DNA from: Lama guanicoe | Lineage: Eukaryota | NCBI GenBank assembly: GCA_013239625.1 | Contig: MU053652.1 | Location: 6,253,902 to 6,317,901 of the forward strand | Direction of reading: 5' to 3' | DNA length: 64,000 nt | In this document: positions 51,611 to 64,000 of the stretch, one piece after another | How the letters are laid out: each line of letters begins with the position of its first letter | Position numbering within the stretch: position 1 is the stretch's first letter | Program-made: the position numbers and the translations under genes | The notes under the pieces: generated by a model | Told to the model about the DNA's origin: nothing | What the model saw: the letters and a program-made list of their open reading frames with translations, nothing else | The model's database searches: none

Positions 51611-52109
51611 CATCTACCTCATAATTTTCTTTAAAAAAAATTGTATGGATTCTGATTCAGTAGTCTACCCACGCATGTTCCTGTATAGGAACCAAGGAAA
51701 GAACATGCTGCCTGATAACGCAGAACAATGCTTATTCTAAATTTTTTTTTAGTCTAGTAGATGGTGTGGGGAGGAAAGTGAAGGGACTGAATGAGAGAGA
51801 AAGGAAAATAAAAAAAAAGGAAAAAGTAGAATTAAAATATCTGCTTTTATCCTAAAGTATGTCGGAAATATTAATTCCAAAACTATTCTGGGCATTCCCT
51901 ACTTCATTACACAATCTACGTTTTTATCAACTTTTTATTTAAGGCTAAGTTTATCAAATATTTCATTTTGTTCTTTTGCCAAAAATGTTTCAAACCAAAT
52001 ATAACTGAGAAAAAGTAATGAATCTCTATTCATAATTCCATTTAAGGAAAGAAACATTAAGATTATAGTAGAATCTCAGTCTCTCTGTCATATCAGAGCT
52101 AATTACACC

Positions 52110-52400
52110 TGTACATCAGTCAGGGTAGACTAGATAATAAACTATCACCCAAATTATAGTCACGGGATAAAACAACCTTTTATTTCTAACTCATGGTAAA
52201 AGTCTATGTAGGTAGACACTCAGGGACCCAGAAAAACAGAGTAGCCACCATTTTGAACTTGGCTAGCCTCCAGGCTAGTAAAAAAAAAAAAAGAGATTTC
52301 TGGAGTTGCATACAAACAACAAATGTTTTACTCAAAGAGAAATTGTTACTTCCACTAACAGATCATTGGCTGGAATAAGTCATGCGTTTATGCCCTCCCC
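52110..52400 (-). mobile_element. Old MaLR LTR (MLT1-like)
   Basis: tgtacatcagtcagggtagactag...cactcagggacccag...gagtagccaccattttgaac...tcattggctggaataagtcatg. Confidence 0.6.
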
Positions 52401-52429
52401 AAATATATTACATGGTTCATAAGTTTTTA

Positions 52430-53790
52430 AAGTTTTATATAAATTATGTTTTACTATATTCTTCTTCCTGAAACTTGTTTTTCTTTTTGGTTATAATTGT
52501 ATTTCTGGCATTATCTAAAATGTTACGTGTAGCTCAGATTTGTTCATTTTCATTGCTGCAAATTATTTTATTCTTTAGATAAATCACAATTTTATCTGTC
52601 CAGTTTTCTTTTGATAGCTATTTCCTTTTTTCCTTTTTTTATTATTATAAAAATATAAACATTTCTGTACACCTAGCTGAATAAATGTGTGTAAGATTTT
52701 CCCCTTGAATATGTAATTTAAAATAATATTTTTGGATCTTTTAATATTCATTCTTTACTATTTCTTCTAAATAAGATCAAATTATGCTTTAATCTACTTG
52801 GAACTGATTTTTATGTATTTTACAAGACAGAGATTCAATTTTAAAAGTTTACCTGTGAACATACAATTGTCTAGAAGCAATTATTTAATAATTTGTTTTT
52901 TCCCATTAATATGATGTTATCTCAATCACATACCAAGCTTACCTATGATTCTCTTCTTGAGATCTTTATTTATCCATTGGCCTAGGTACTCTTCTTCCAT
53001 CAATGATGTTTCCACCACACTGCCTTCACAATAGTTATATAATAGCTTTTGATATCTGGCTGTGCAAGTATTCCTACTTTGTTCCACTTCATCAAAATTC
53101 CCTTTGTAAATTCTTGATCCTTTGGGGCACCCATATAAAATCAGAATCACCTTGTTAAATTCCACAAAACAGGCTATCAGAATTTTTATTGCAATTCAAT
53201 TAACGTTATGGATTAATTTGGATAAAATTAGCATCTTTACAATATTGAGTTTACTTATTAATAACAGCAGCTATATCTCCATTTATTTAAAACCTTTTTG
53301 GAGAATGTCTTTCAAATTTTATTTAAATTATTCTGTAAAGAACTTAAATATCTTCATTGTAATTATTCTTAAGTATCTTATCTATATTATATGTATATTA
53401 TATTTTCTCACATTTTGTTACCAATATTTAAGAAAAATCATGATTTCTTACTATCAATCATATATCCAGAGAGATTGTTGACACTCTTACCAACTCCATT
53501 AATTCATTTGTAGAGACTCCTGGTTTCCTACGTAGATGATTGCATAGTTTTTCAACAATAGCATTTCTTCCCTACCTTTCTGGTCCTTAAAACAATTCTT
53601 TGCTTTTTCTTGTTACACTACACTGCCTAGAACCACCAGTACACTATCAGATAGAAGTTAACAATAGTGGATATTTCTCTAGAATATGCAGTTCTAATAT
53701 TTAACCCTTAAATGTGACATTTGCTATTGAGTTTTCTATACATACTCCTTATCAGCTTCCTTATCAGGAAGTTCTATTTCAAATGTTTTA
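52430..53790 (-). mobile_element. Ancient L1 ORF2/3' region
   Basis: catataaaatcagaatcaccttgttaaattccacaaaa...tggattaatttggataaaattagcatctttacaatattgagt...ctgcctagaaccaccagtacactat. Confidence 0.8.
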
Positions 53791-54129
53791 ATGTCTTTGT
53801 TTTGTTTTGATTTTGTTGCTTTTTTGGTAGTTTGGGAGGCTGCGATGTTACTATAATTGTAAATTCTGAACCTAAATTAAGAATTCTTAGGGTAAATTTT
53901 TTTTTCCCTCCAAGATTTCATATCAAAAGATAAAAGTTTGTCTTTACTGAACAGAAGATTTTCAAAAAATCATTTGATTTTTATGAGAATTAGTAACTCC
54001 CTTTTTAAAACCAAGACATAGGTAGCAAGATGTACATACACACCTTGCTAAGAAATCACAGAAGCCTAGAAATTTAAAGATGAAAGGGAAGCTCTTTGTT
54101 CTAGAAGCTTCATTGTTTCTCATCTTCTC

Positions 54130-54452
54130 CTAGCTTTATTGATGTATAATCGACAAATAAAAACTGTATATATTTAAGGTGTACAACATGATGTTTGATA
54201 AATATACACATTGTGAAATAATTACAACAGCCAACATAATTAACATACCCATCACCTTACATAAGTTACTGTGTATGTGTGTGTGTGTGGTGAGAACATT
54301 TAAAATCTATTCTCTTAGCAAATTTCAAGTATACAGTACAGTATTACTAACTATGGTCATCACACTGTACGTTAGATCTCTAGAACTTATTTATCCTATA
54401 TAACTGAACTTGATCCCCTTTGACCAACATCTCCACATTTCCCACAACTCCA
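54130..54452 (-). mobile_element. L1 3' end (L1MA8/9-like)
   Basis: agctttattgatgtataatcgacaaataaaaactgtatatatttaaggtgtacaacatgatgtttgat...tctcttagcaaatttcaagtatacagtacagtattactaactatggtc. Confidence 0.9.
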
Positions 54453-55959
54453 TGAATAGGTTTTTAAAGCTTTATTTCTAGTCTACCCCTTTATTGTGAC
54501 TGTTATCATTTGAGAATTCAGGCTTTATATTTGCAACTAACCCTGCTTCCCAACTTGAATCAGCCCAAAACTTGTCTTGTCCCTTGATTCATATTAGAAC
54601 CAAAGCTCCTTCATACTGATGCTGCCAAGTAGTCAACTGAAATATCATTTCCAGTTTACCATGCTTACTTTCTGCTTCCTACTTATTTTTCATTTATCTT
54701 GATATACGACTTACTTTCTTCTGAGCTCTGCTATACCTTATAAAGGTGAAGGGTATATTGAATCCATAATTTTTCCATGCCTCATAATAGGATTTTAAAA
54801 TATACTAATGTAGTCATTTATTTTTGTAAAATAGTCTTGACATAACCTGGATAAGATCAATCACAGTATCAGATAATTTGATTTGAGGATTGATAAGGGG
54901 GATTTTGAAGGAAGGGGAAAAAAGGAAGATATAAGTTAATTCCTGGGCTTTTCCCTCCTTAAAATTTATTCATTCATTCATTAAACAAATATTAACTGAA
55001 TCTTGGTCAGCAGGCAAGAGTTTTTAATAAGAATTTCCAGCTAAGAGTTCAGTCTAAACTGATATCTGATTAAGGAGTAGGTATTAACTTGAAGACTAAA
55101 TGAGGGAGAACTGAGGCAAAAGAGAAAATTGCAGATAAAGAGAGAGCATCTTAGGATTCTGGAGATTTTGAGGTTAATATCCATATAATTATTTTACTTC
55201 CCTTACAAAGCATATGTTTGGTAATTTTAGTTTATCATTTTACTTTATTTCAAGAAATTCAGTAATCACTTATTTTGCTTATCTTATAATACCAAGCACT
55301 TTATGAGATCCTGAAAATCACGGCCCTCTCATTTGAGATTTACTGCCTCAGAGATTTAGTAGCATTGATTTTTGTGAAATATTTGTCTTTTTTTTCCCAA
55401 TTAAAATTAACAGGCAATTTCTGTCAGTTTACTTTTATACGAATTAAAGTATCAAATGTGGGTCTTACATCAAGCACCTGCTTTTCAATTCTCCGATTAG
55501 ATTTACACTTTGGTTAGCTTTATTTGTATATTTTCTAATATATTTAGACGCATACGTTTTCCCCAGTCCAAACCTATAATTAGCCAACCATCACATCAGT
55601 TGTACGGATGCAGGCAGGCTTCTATTATGCTAATTTTATCAGGAACTATATTTGCTCTTCATTTGGCAATAAAGTATCCATCCAAGCCAGAGATTTGTTC
55701 TCAAACACAACGCAAACTGGCAGTCTCAGTGAAGGCTTCAAGATGTTATACTCGCTCTATGTCTCAGCCTTTGCACTCAAGTAAGAGTACAACCAACTGT
55801 GGGCTCCATCTCTGCAGCAAGGGCTTAAAATAATTATTCAAAGACTGTTCTAAGTTTGTTTGGCTTAATAATTATACCAACAGTCTGTAGGAGTTTGGAA
55901 AGCGATTTGAGGGTGACAGAAAATTTGTTTTCATATTAAAATATTAAAGCCTCAATATT

Positions 55960-56385
55960 TGTATAAAGCAGACCACAGGAATTACCTTAATAGAGAGTGA
56001 GGAAAACTTTAAAATTATAGTAAAGGGCATAGGAGAGGGTCTGAATAAATGCAGAGATAGGTCATACTCTTTGATGGGACAGTTTGATTTTATCATGATG
56101 TCTATTTTCATAAAATTAATTTTTCAATAAGATTGTTGTGTGAAATTTGATAAACATATCATAAAATATACATGGAGGGAAAAAGGCACATAAATAACTA
56201 ACTAACAATTTAGCAGGAGAGCTTACTAGATGTTGATGGAGAGCTGGTTCCTTAAATATCACTAGCTTCCTCCCTAATCCTGTAACATAAGCAGACACTA
56301 GACTGAATACACTTTAAGATGAACTACAGATAAACTTAATGGTAAAACTACAAAGTCAATAGAAGAAAAATGTTTTAAAATGTCT
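55960..56385 (+). mobile_element. Ancient L1 ORF2 fragments
   Basis: aggtctgaataaatgcagagataggtcatactctttgatgggacagtt...gaaatttgataaacatatcataaaatatacatggagg. Confidence 0.6.
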
Positions 56386-59149
56386 TTGGGCTCTTATCTC
56401 TTCTTTCTCCTTCTCTCTTCTCATTGTAATTCTCTTCCTCTTTCTCTTTCTCCTTCCTTGGTGATTGATTTAGTCCCTTTGTAAAGAGAACTAAAACACC
56501 TGCTCAATTCAGTGGCAACGTCAACCTTGATTGCCTCTTTGATGAGTCAAATGCACGTGTTAAGGGGATTCTGGAGTCAGAACCAGTATTTTTGTACATA
56601 CCTACATAGTTGTTCAGTCTAAAAAACTAGAATTTGATTTTTCCTTGTACCTACTGCAACTAATTCTCATCATACAACTAGATTGATTGTCTAAAATAAA
56701 GTGAAACAAAACCATTAAACCATTCTATTCGCCTGAGTTTGGGTATAAATTAAATGATTTATTCAGGGAAAAAAAAATGAGCCCTAGGCCAATGTGTAAA
56801 TGATCCTGTGCTTTTCCTGACGGGGAGCACAGTCTTCAGTTATTTTTCCAGTAGGAGAAAGCTCTTCCCCCTCCCTAAGGATGGAGGCAGTTTGCAGTCA
56901 GAGGGCATGAACAGAATGAAATTAAACTTGTCCTCAAAGGAATAAACTTGTGACCTTGGACTCATTAATTGTGGGGTGTGCTCTGAGTTGAGCTGTCACC
57001 TAAACAATTCAGAATTATATTCACATGCTACAAATACCCTGCAAAATAAATAGTCCTGGTCTCTAACTGCTCTCTATGAAGCCTAGGAAGGTGTTCACAG
57101 CCATTCTTTGTGTACAGGGAAGTCATGGGCTCTTGGTCCCAATACCAACCTGCCTTCAGTGTCTATCTCACTCTTCGGGATATTAACCTTGATTTATTCA
57201 TCTCCTATAGTTCTTGGTCAGAGAGCGAGCTCAGCTGCTTGACTGTTGAAAATGCAAACTCTGACTGAAGTGTCTTCCTCACTGTGTAGCGTAAAGTGAC
57301 AATCCAACCCAGTGTCACCCCGCAGTGACAATCCAATCCAGGCCACTACAGAAGCTGAGGCCCACAGGTAACTGCTCTGCACCCACTTCCTTGGCCTTAT
57401 AGCATTCGGTCCTCCACTGGCAACTATGGAGGCACTGCTTAAATCTCTGTATTTCAACTACATGTTTTACATCTTTTCTACATTTGAGAAAGGCAAGACA
57501 CAGAGACTAGGAGTTTAAGAAGTAATTCTATTAGGAAATTTGGGGGCCCTGTGTAAGTCATCCAACCTATCTGGTTCTCAAGTCCTACAACTATAAAATT
57601 AAACGATTGGGCTAAGTGACCTTGAAATTGCCTTTAAGCTCTGAGACTTCTGATTTCAAATTCAGGGGAAAAGAAATCCCACCAATGTCCTTATAAGAGC
57701 AAAATGTTTCAAGATCTCGCTCAGAGTTTAGACTGGGAAAAAAGCTTCAAGGAAGAGCCTACTGCAGTGGTTGCTAAGGAGACCAGCTGCACAGTGATTC
57801 AGGTTATTAATCAGTAATATCTTCCCAAGGAGTCAGCCATGGTGGCGGAAACACCACCACTAGAGCCATATTCTTTTTGATTGAACTGTATACATAGCGT
57901 TTAAAATGCAAACCTCCATAGAAGTATTAATCTATTGTTAGCTACTAACAATTGATTACACCAATTTTTAAGTACTAGGACATACCAGGTACATTCTGAA
58001 GGGAGCAAACGTAGGAGGGAAGATCTAGAATATATCAGATTTGCCTAGGAGAGGAAGATAAGGTGCAGCTTCACAGGAAGGAATCTCAGATAGTTAGGAT
58101 GCAGCTTATAAAGATCTGAAGGCATCAAAAGGAAAGGGGCACCATGATGAGGAAAGAGACATGATAAAATCAGAAGCAGGAGGATACTGAGAGTAGCTTG
58201 TTGAACAGAGGTGCCCGAAATCAGCGTGCCCAGTACATGGGGTGGGCAGGTAGGAAGAATAACAAAGTTCATTGTCTAAACTCCCAGAATATTTTCCCCT
58301 CTAATTCAAGATCTTATACAGCATGTTCTGGATATTCTAATTCTTAATATTGAATTATTGAGATCAAAACATAGCAAATTTCTTAGTATAAGAATATGGC
58401 TACATTTCAACATTTATTTTACAAAGAAACCATCAGAGGTTAATATCATCATCCCTAAAGGAGAGTTTTATTTATAATTTTTGAATGAGAATACAAATAG
58501 AGAGTTTCAAGTAGCCATGCTTAAGTAGTCATAAAAGCAAAATAGTTTGTTTTATCTGGTTTTACTTTTTCCCAAAGCTATATTAAATACTTCTCATGAA
58601 GATTATTACGTACACTCAGGTAGCTCAGGTACAATTCTTGGATTCATCTTTCCGGGAACTCACATGCTATGGAGTTCTGAAGGTTTTTCCTCTCTGTGAT
58701 GCATTTGGATAAATGTTTTTTGAGTATTTCAGTGACTTCCTGAATTTTCTTTAATTGCATAAATAATGTAGTTTCTTAAAATAAAGCTTTAAACCAAAGA
58801 ATAAAGTTACCCAATACAAGCTAACTCATTTCATTCTTGTATCACTCTCGACAATCACAGAGTGCTCTGTGGTCTAGTCAATTTAGAAAGTATAAATCCA
58901 GGGACTGGGAGACTCTACCAATAACAACTTGGCAGGAAATCATTAAGTGCTCTATAGAATATATAAACTTGGACATGAGAATTTTTAAGTTAGGTGATGA
59001 TCCCTGACACACAGTGTTTGAAATAAAACACCAAATCTATGTATTTGGAATGCATTATAAACATGATAATAAAATCTTAAAGTTGCTCCAGAACTGTTGT
59101 CTGTCTCCTGCTTTCAAAGACTCCAAATTTTGATTTTGTTTTCTTCCCT

Positions 59150-61290
59150 TCTAAGATTTCTTCCCTGAGTTTCAGAATTGTTCACCTTGACATATACATG
59201 GGGCTATCTAAAAGACACCTAAATAAGGCAGTCCTAACTTTGCATGGTCCCAGTATACACACTTTTTGGTAACCAAACTTTAAATTAAATCAGCCTTCCA
59301 ATAATACAATTCAAATTCCAGTTGCCATAGTATATTAACTCTTAAGTGATTACATAAGTTACAAACTTTGCTGCAAGCTCTTCAGTCCACAAGTTGCTAC
59401 ATAAATAACAGGAACATTTCATCATCAGTGATTTCATTATCAGTTATTAATCATATCACTTATTTCAAAGTCTGTTGAGAACTGATCACTGTGCATTTGC
59501 TATTGAGTTTATGCACAGACAGCAAAGCATGTGGTTGTGTTACCTCCCTGTCTCCCAATAATAAACCCACATTTTATTTTGCAAAAGTGATAACTGAGAA
59601 AGAATACTGTCCAACAAAAAAGAAAGAGCAGCAAGGAAAGGAAAAGCGATAGCTGATAACACTAGAAGTAAAATTAGAATAGAACATAAATGGGTTTAAA
59701 GAAGAAATAGCTGATCTTGTAATTGTTAAGATTATCTCCCTTTGAAAAACTCTAGATATGCTGCCAGAGGAGCTTAATGATGGCAAATTGACTGACATAA
59801 ATGAGGAAAGTGGCTGTAATGGAAAAGATGATGATGTCCCAGAGGAAATGATGCCAACAAAGAAATTCACATTAAAGAAACTCTCGCAAAAATTTCACAG
59901 CAGTGGAAGCACAAGAGATCCAGACTTGGAAAGGAATATGACAATTTGCCAAGACAGAAAAGATGTTTTCTCCATATTATATGACAATAAGAAGAGGATA
60001 AGCACTGTTCAATATACTGAATATGCCTTTTTTCTTACAGGAAACAAACATTTTAATTTTCAGTGTTTTTATTGTTTTAAATTACAGTATGCTGAATATT
60101 ATTTTTTTTTACATTTACACTTCCCTCTACACTTATAACTCTTCAACAGAAAAGTTTTCTTTAATGTTTTGTAAAAATTTTCAGATTTTTTAAAGTTTTC
60201 TTTAAAGTTTTTGTAAAAAACTCAAGACACATAGTTTTCCTGTTAGTTTTACAAATTATTTTGGCCAGTTTCAGCTTGCATAGTCATCTTATAGTCCTGG
60301 ACTGCCATGTGAAGAGAGGACAGCCTATATAGTGTTTCCAAAACTAAACTCCTGATCTTCTCCTGAAAATTTGTTCTACTTGCAGTAATTCTCACCCTAG
60401 CTGATGGCAAATGCATCGTTCCTGCTACTTAGATCAAAATTCTTGTCATCATCCTTGACTCTTCTCTTCCTTTCACATGTTGAGTCCAACATGTCAGCAG
60501 TTCCTGTTGGCTCTGCCAGCAAAATGCATGTAGAATCTGGTCTCTTTTCATTTCCTCTACTGCTACCATCCTGGTCCAGTCATCATCATCTCGGACTCTC
60601 ATGTTAATTATCGCAACAGAGTCTCTACTGGGTTCAATATTGAAATCTTATCTTCTCAAACCAGCAGCCAATGTGATTTAGTTGAAACATAAATCAGAAC
60701 CTGTCAGCCTTCCTAAGAACCAATCAGCAGCTCTCCATTTCACTCAAGAGTAAAAGCCGAAGTCTAACCAAGGATCTATAACAATCCAAGGAATGTGCAC
60801 CCACAACCCCTTTCGCTGCCATGTTTCTTCTCTGATCACATTCCTCACTCTCTTTTTCCGTCCTGCATCAGTCACACTAGCTTCCTTGTTGTCCCTGGAA
60901 TGTGGTCCTGTCTTAGGATCTCACACTGGTTGTTGCTTCTCTCTAATATGATCCCTCCAAATATCTCCCTTAACACCTTCAAATTGTTGCTAGAGTGGTA
61001 CTTTCTCAGTAAAGCCTGCCCTGACTACCGTAATGGAAATCACACATCTTCACTCTTGCCATCCTCTACTTCTCATTTTCTTTTCCCCAAAAGGATTTAT
61101 CACCTTGTAACAAACTATAATTTTTTAAAAAAACTTATTACCAGTCTTCCCCCGCCCTCCTCAATAAAGTGGGAGTTCCACAAAGGCAGGGATTTTTGTT
61201 GTTTTCTTGCTCGTGAATTTCCAGAGCCTTGAATAGTGTCAGGCACATAATTGGCACTCAGTAAACATTGATTTAGTAAATAAATGCAAC
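59150..61290 (+). mobile_element. L2a-like element interrupted by a Tigger insertion
   Basis: atctaaaagacacctaaa before the Tigger joins gtttccaaaactaaactcctgatcttc after it; tail gagttccacaaaggcagggatttttg...agtgtcaggcacataattggcactcagtaaacattgatt. Confidence 0.8.
59226..60327 (+). mobile_element. TcMar-Tigger internal-deletion derivative (about 1.1 kb, possibly Tigger6-like), both TIRs present
   Basis: Left TIR aggcagtcctaactttgcatgg; right ccatgtgaagagaggacagccta; TA flanks; transposase N-terminal LITLEVKLE (about 59653-59679) fused to the acidic C-terminal tail PEELNDGKLTDINEESGCNGKDDDVPEE..KFTLKKL. Confidence 0.85.
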
Positions 61291-61354
61291 AAATTACACG
61301 AAGGTGGTCTTTAATTTTCACATTATTTAAACTAAGGAATAAAATCTAATGCCA

Positions 61355-61580
61355 TACCATTTACTGAAAATGTACTATGTTCCAGGCAATGGGCTAAGTG
61401 CTTTCATAGATTAATCTGTTTAATTCATCTTATGAAAACTTCATAAATTAGAAACTATTATTATCTCTATCTTATAGTCAAGGAAAATGAAACACGTAGA
61501 GTTGTAGTAACTTGCCTGAAGTTGAAAACCAGGCAGTTAGAATCTGGCTTTCCCATCTCATCTGTGCTCTTATCCACTAG
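61355..61580 (-). mobile_element. MIR SINE
   Basis: taccatttactgaaaatgtactatgttccaggcaatgggctaagtgctttcatag...aggaaaatgaaacacgtagagttgtagtaacttgcctgaag. Confidence 0.8.
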
Positions 61581-63039
61581 ACCAGAAATCTATTCACTAA
61601 AGCATCGTATCCAAACATATTTTAGGGAAATATTTCCATCTAAAATATTGAAGCAGTTAATTAAAATATTTTTCTCCTGGACATTGGTTAAATGGACTAC
61701 TGTTGATAGACTGTAGGAGAAGTTTAATTCAAGAGATAAATGCAAAAATTCTAAGTTCAGATGACAATACTAAAACTGAGTTGATCACCAGACTCCCAAA
61801 TGTCAGTCAACTCTGTCATCTACTGCTCTCCAATTCTCTGCATGTCTGGGTTTTGATATGCTTAATTATTGAAGTTAATTTCAATATTTACAAATTATTT
61901 TTATATAAATAAATGAGGGATTTTATTTAGAAAGCTCCCAAGCACATATTTATCTTACTGAGACTTAAAGATAATTATATCTTCTTTTAGGTAGAAGGAC
62001 ATATTCCTTAAAAGAAGAATTTTAAATATATTGAAAACAATAAAGGAAGATGAAGATTCTAATATATCAGGTCTTTGACAATGGAGGAGAGAGAATTATT
62101 TACTCTGAGTGGTAACCATCCACCATGCTATGCTTGGAGAGATGTCGGGGTGTGTGTGTGTGTGCACGCACGCATGTGTGTGAGTGATTACTGGAGATAA
62201 ATTGGGCTGGTCGTGAAGCACATTAAGCCCAGTCAGGTCTGGTGATTCTCACAAGATTTCTCCAGCCCTTGGCCTGAACAAATTTGTCTCTGACCTAAGG
62301 CTGATGATTTTGATGATTGATTATATTTCTGTCAAGTGAGCTGCTAGCAGTGAGAGATGTGAGTCTCCCTGAATCCCTCGTCATTGCGCTCAAGCTTTCC
62401 TTTATGCCTGGCACTATCATTGCACTCTGGCCCTTCAATCATCACCTCCACTTTCACACTCAAAGCGCTCACCGAAGGGTTCCAAAATGTCACAAAGATA
62501 AGATATATGAATGTATGGAGGAAATGGAGAATCCTCAGTTTAATTTGTGTTCACCTTAATCTTGCCAGTAAGAAGATAGTGACACATGCTATTTTCCGGT
62601 GGCAAGCTACAAGGAAAGGACAATTTGCCACGGGAACATTATATTTTTTTCCAAAGAATAACTGATTTAACCTCTTGAGAAACTCTCTTCTGTGTGTGTC
62701 TGTCTGTCTGTCTGTGTATCAATGGTAAATCTTGATTTAAATAAAAGATTGGTATTGGTTAGTTTTCTGATTTACCAAAGGATTCTAAATGTATACTCTA
62801 ATTACAAGAGACATATTGTTTTTAAGACAGAGGTTGTTTTGTTTCACTATAACATACGTATTTTAGTATAAATCGCACTTTCTAACTTTATTGTCAAGTG
62901 GATTATCAGAACGATCATTTGTGATGTACATACAAGACCTACATTTGGGAGGAGGCTGGATTGGACTAACTCCAAAGTGTCTTTCCAGAATTCGCAACAT
63001 ATTTGCATACTTAAGCAATCAGAAGAAGAAAAGGCAGAG

Positions 63040-63627
63040 ATTGCTCTGGTTTTCCCATTGCCTGTCATGGAAGGCCTGGCATTTCTCGTTTACTTGGTGT
63101 GGCCATCAGTTTCTTCAGGCTTTTGGAAGCCATTCTCACAGCAAATTTGCATTGCCTTCTAGGGTCCAGGTCAGGATGTTAAATACACACCCCAGGAAAC
63201 TGTTTCCATCTTCATAAACTTGCCCTCATCTTCCTCTGCCCTCCTGCCCCAGCACCTTCAGAATCCAGTCCCATATACAGTCTTGTGATCCCTGTTCTGA
63301 CAAGTTGGCCGGGTCTGACAGCTCCTGCAGCATCTACTCTTATTCCCCACTTAGTGATTGAGCTCATCTTTGGCCCTCTTGTATTGTTTGTCATCCACCT
63401 GATACATTTTCATGACCAGTGTTATTTCCTTCTATCAGAACCCCATCCATGTTTACCATTAATGATTATCTTAAGACTACACCACTACTTTGTGTGTCAG
63501 TATATCAGGGTGTATCAGTGCTCCATTTACTGCCAGGAAGAGGTCCTCATTGCTAGGCAGGCAATGTGTGACCCAGATCCAAAATTTTGTCTTAGAATCT
63601 GTTTCCCTAACCACTTTCAGTAGCAAC
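63040..63627 (-). mobile_element. ERVL internal (ERV3-16A3_I-like) leader and gag remnant
   Basis: Minus strand: degenerate PBS region ttgctactgaaagtgg, ttttggatctgggtcac...gcaatgaggacc; DCIWDWILKVLGQEGR (about 63235-63282), compared with ERVL Gag VWDWILRVLDQGGR. Confidence 0.8.
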
Positions 63628-64000
63628 TGCAGCAGGTTCAGTTTCCAGGAAAACAGATTCCGAGACACATATTAGCATGCAAGAGGTTAACTGATGATGG
63701 CTCTTGGAACAATGCCTGCACAGAAGTAGAAGAGAGTGGAAATGAACAGAGTAGAAATTGGGCTGCGGTGCAGTCACAACAAGGTTTTGTCCCATGGGAA
63801 CCTCGAAGCTGGACTGGGCCATCAGAGTTGCCCCATGATAACTCTATAAAGGAAGCTGGACTTTCATACACTCCCACATCAACCAGTCATGCCTTCAGGA
63901 AGGGCGCGTTTCTTTGGGGAAGGTAACTCCTCAGCAGAGGACGGTCAGCTGAGAGGACAGACGTCTGAGATGTATTACACAGCATCAGGGGATCCTTCAG
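63628..64000 (-). mobile_element. ERVL LTR16C-like 5' LTR (runs off the window end)
   Basis: gcatgcaagaggtt...gaaattgggctgcggtgcagtcacaacaagg...cccatgggaacctcgaagctgg...gccatcagagttgccc...catcaaccagtcat...ggaagggcgcg matches reverse LTR16C. Confidence 0.8.

Noticed and set aside
7329..54452. Similarity between 7329-7668 and 54130-54452 as a segmental duplication
   Set aside because: Both are independent 3' ends of closely related L1 subfamilies; flanks are unrelated
59758..60138. 126-aa acidic ORF as a TIGD/JRK-like domesticated transposase
   Set aside because: Lies in an internally deleted Tigger lacking the catalytic core; similarity is lost after about 70 aa
1..64000. All ORFs in the supplied six-frame track as genuine genes
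   Set aside because: Short (60-204 aa), many with non-ATG starts, low-complexity or lying in L1/L2/LTR/Tigger remnants; no recognisable cellular protein domain and no consistent exon chain
1..64000. CRISPR-like or other regularly spaced repeat-spacer arrays; prokaryote-like or organellar inserts
   Set aside because: None seen; only microsatellites and short local duplications

Overview
Mammalian, AT-rich, CpG-depleted non-coding DNA (intergenic or deep intronic), most likely from a camelid: it carries a Vic-1-type tRNA-derived SINE at 51481-51610 and camelid/artiodactyl-style L1 3' tails. I find no credible protein-coding exon, RNA gene, CpG island or CRISPR-like array. The supplied ORFs are chance frames or decayed transposon remnants. 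A large share of the window is old interspersed repeat (L1M/L1ME, L2, MIR, MaLR MLT1 LTRs, ERVL LTR33/LTR16 with internal gag/IN/dUTPase relics, hAT-Charlie/Blackjack and Tigger DNA transposons), often nested. The most unusual structure is an ERVL provirus relic at about 27.7-29.5 kb. Its LTR and gag lie on +, followed by two adjacent pol segments (integrase core to dUTPase N-half, then dUTPase C-half to polypurine tract) that are each inverted separately, so on the minus strand they read as a circular permutation. Smaller curiosities are a 44-bp ultra-truncated L1 with a 17-bp TSD, a SINE TSD with reciprocal CpG decay, and several repeat-free motif-rich blocks that could be enhancers. I do not see evidence for a new biological system. 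Repeat family names come from my recall of consensus sequences, not from a search, and most boundaries are approximate to within tens of bp.
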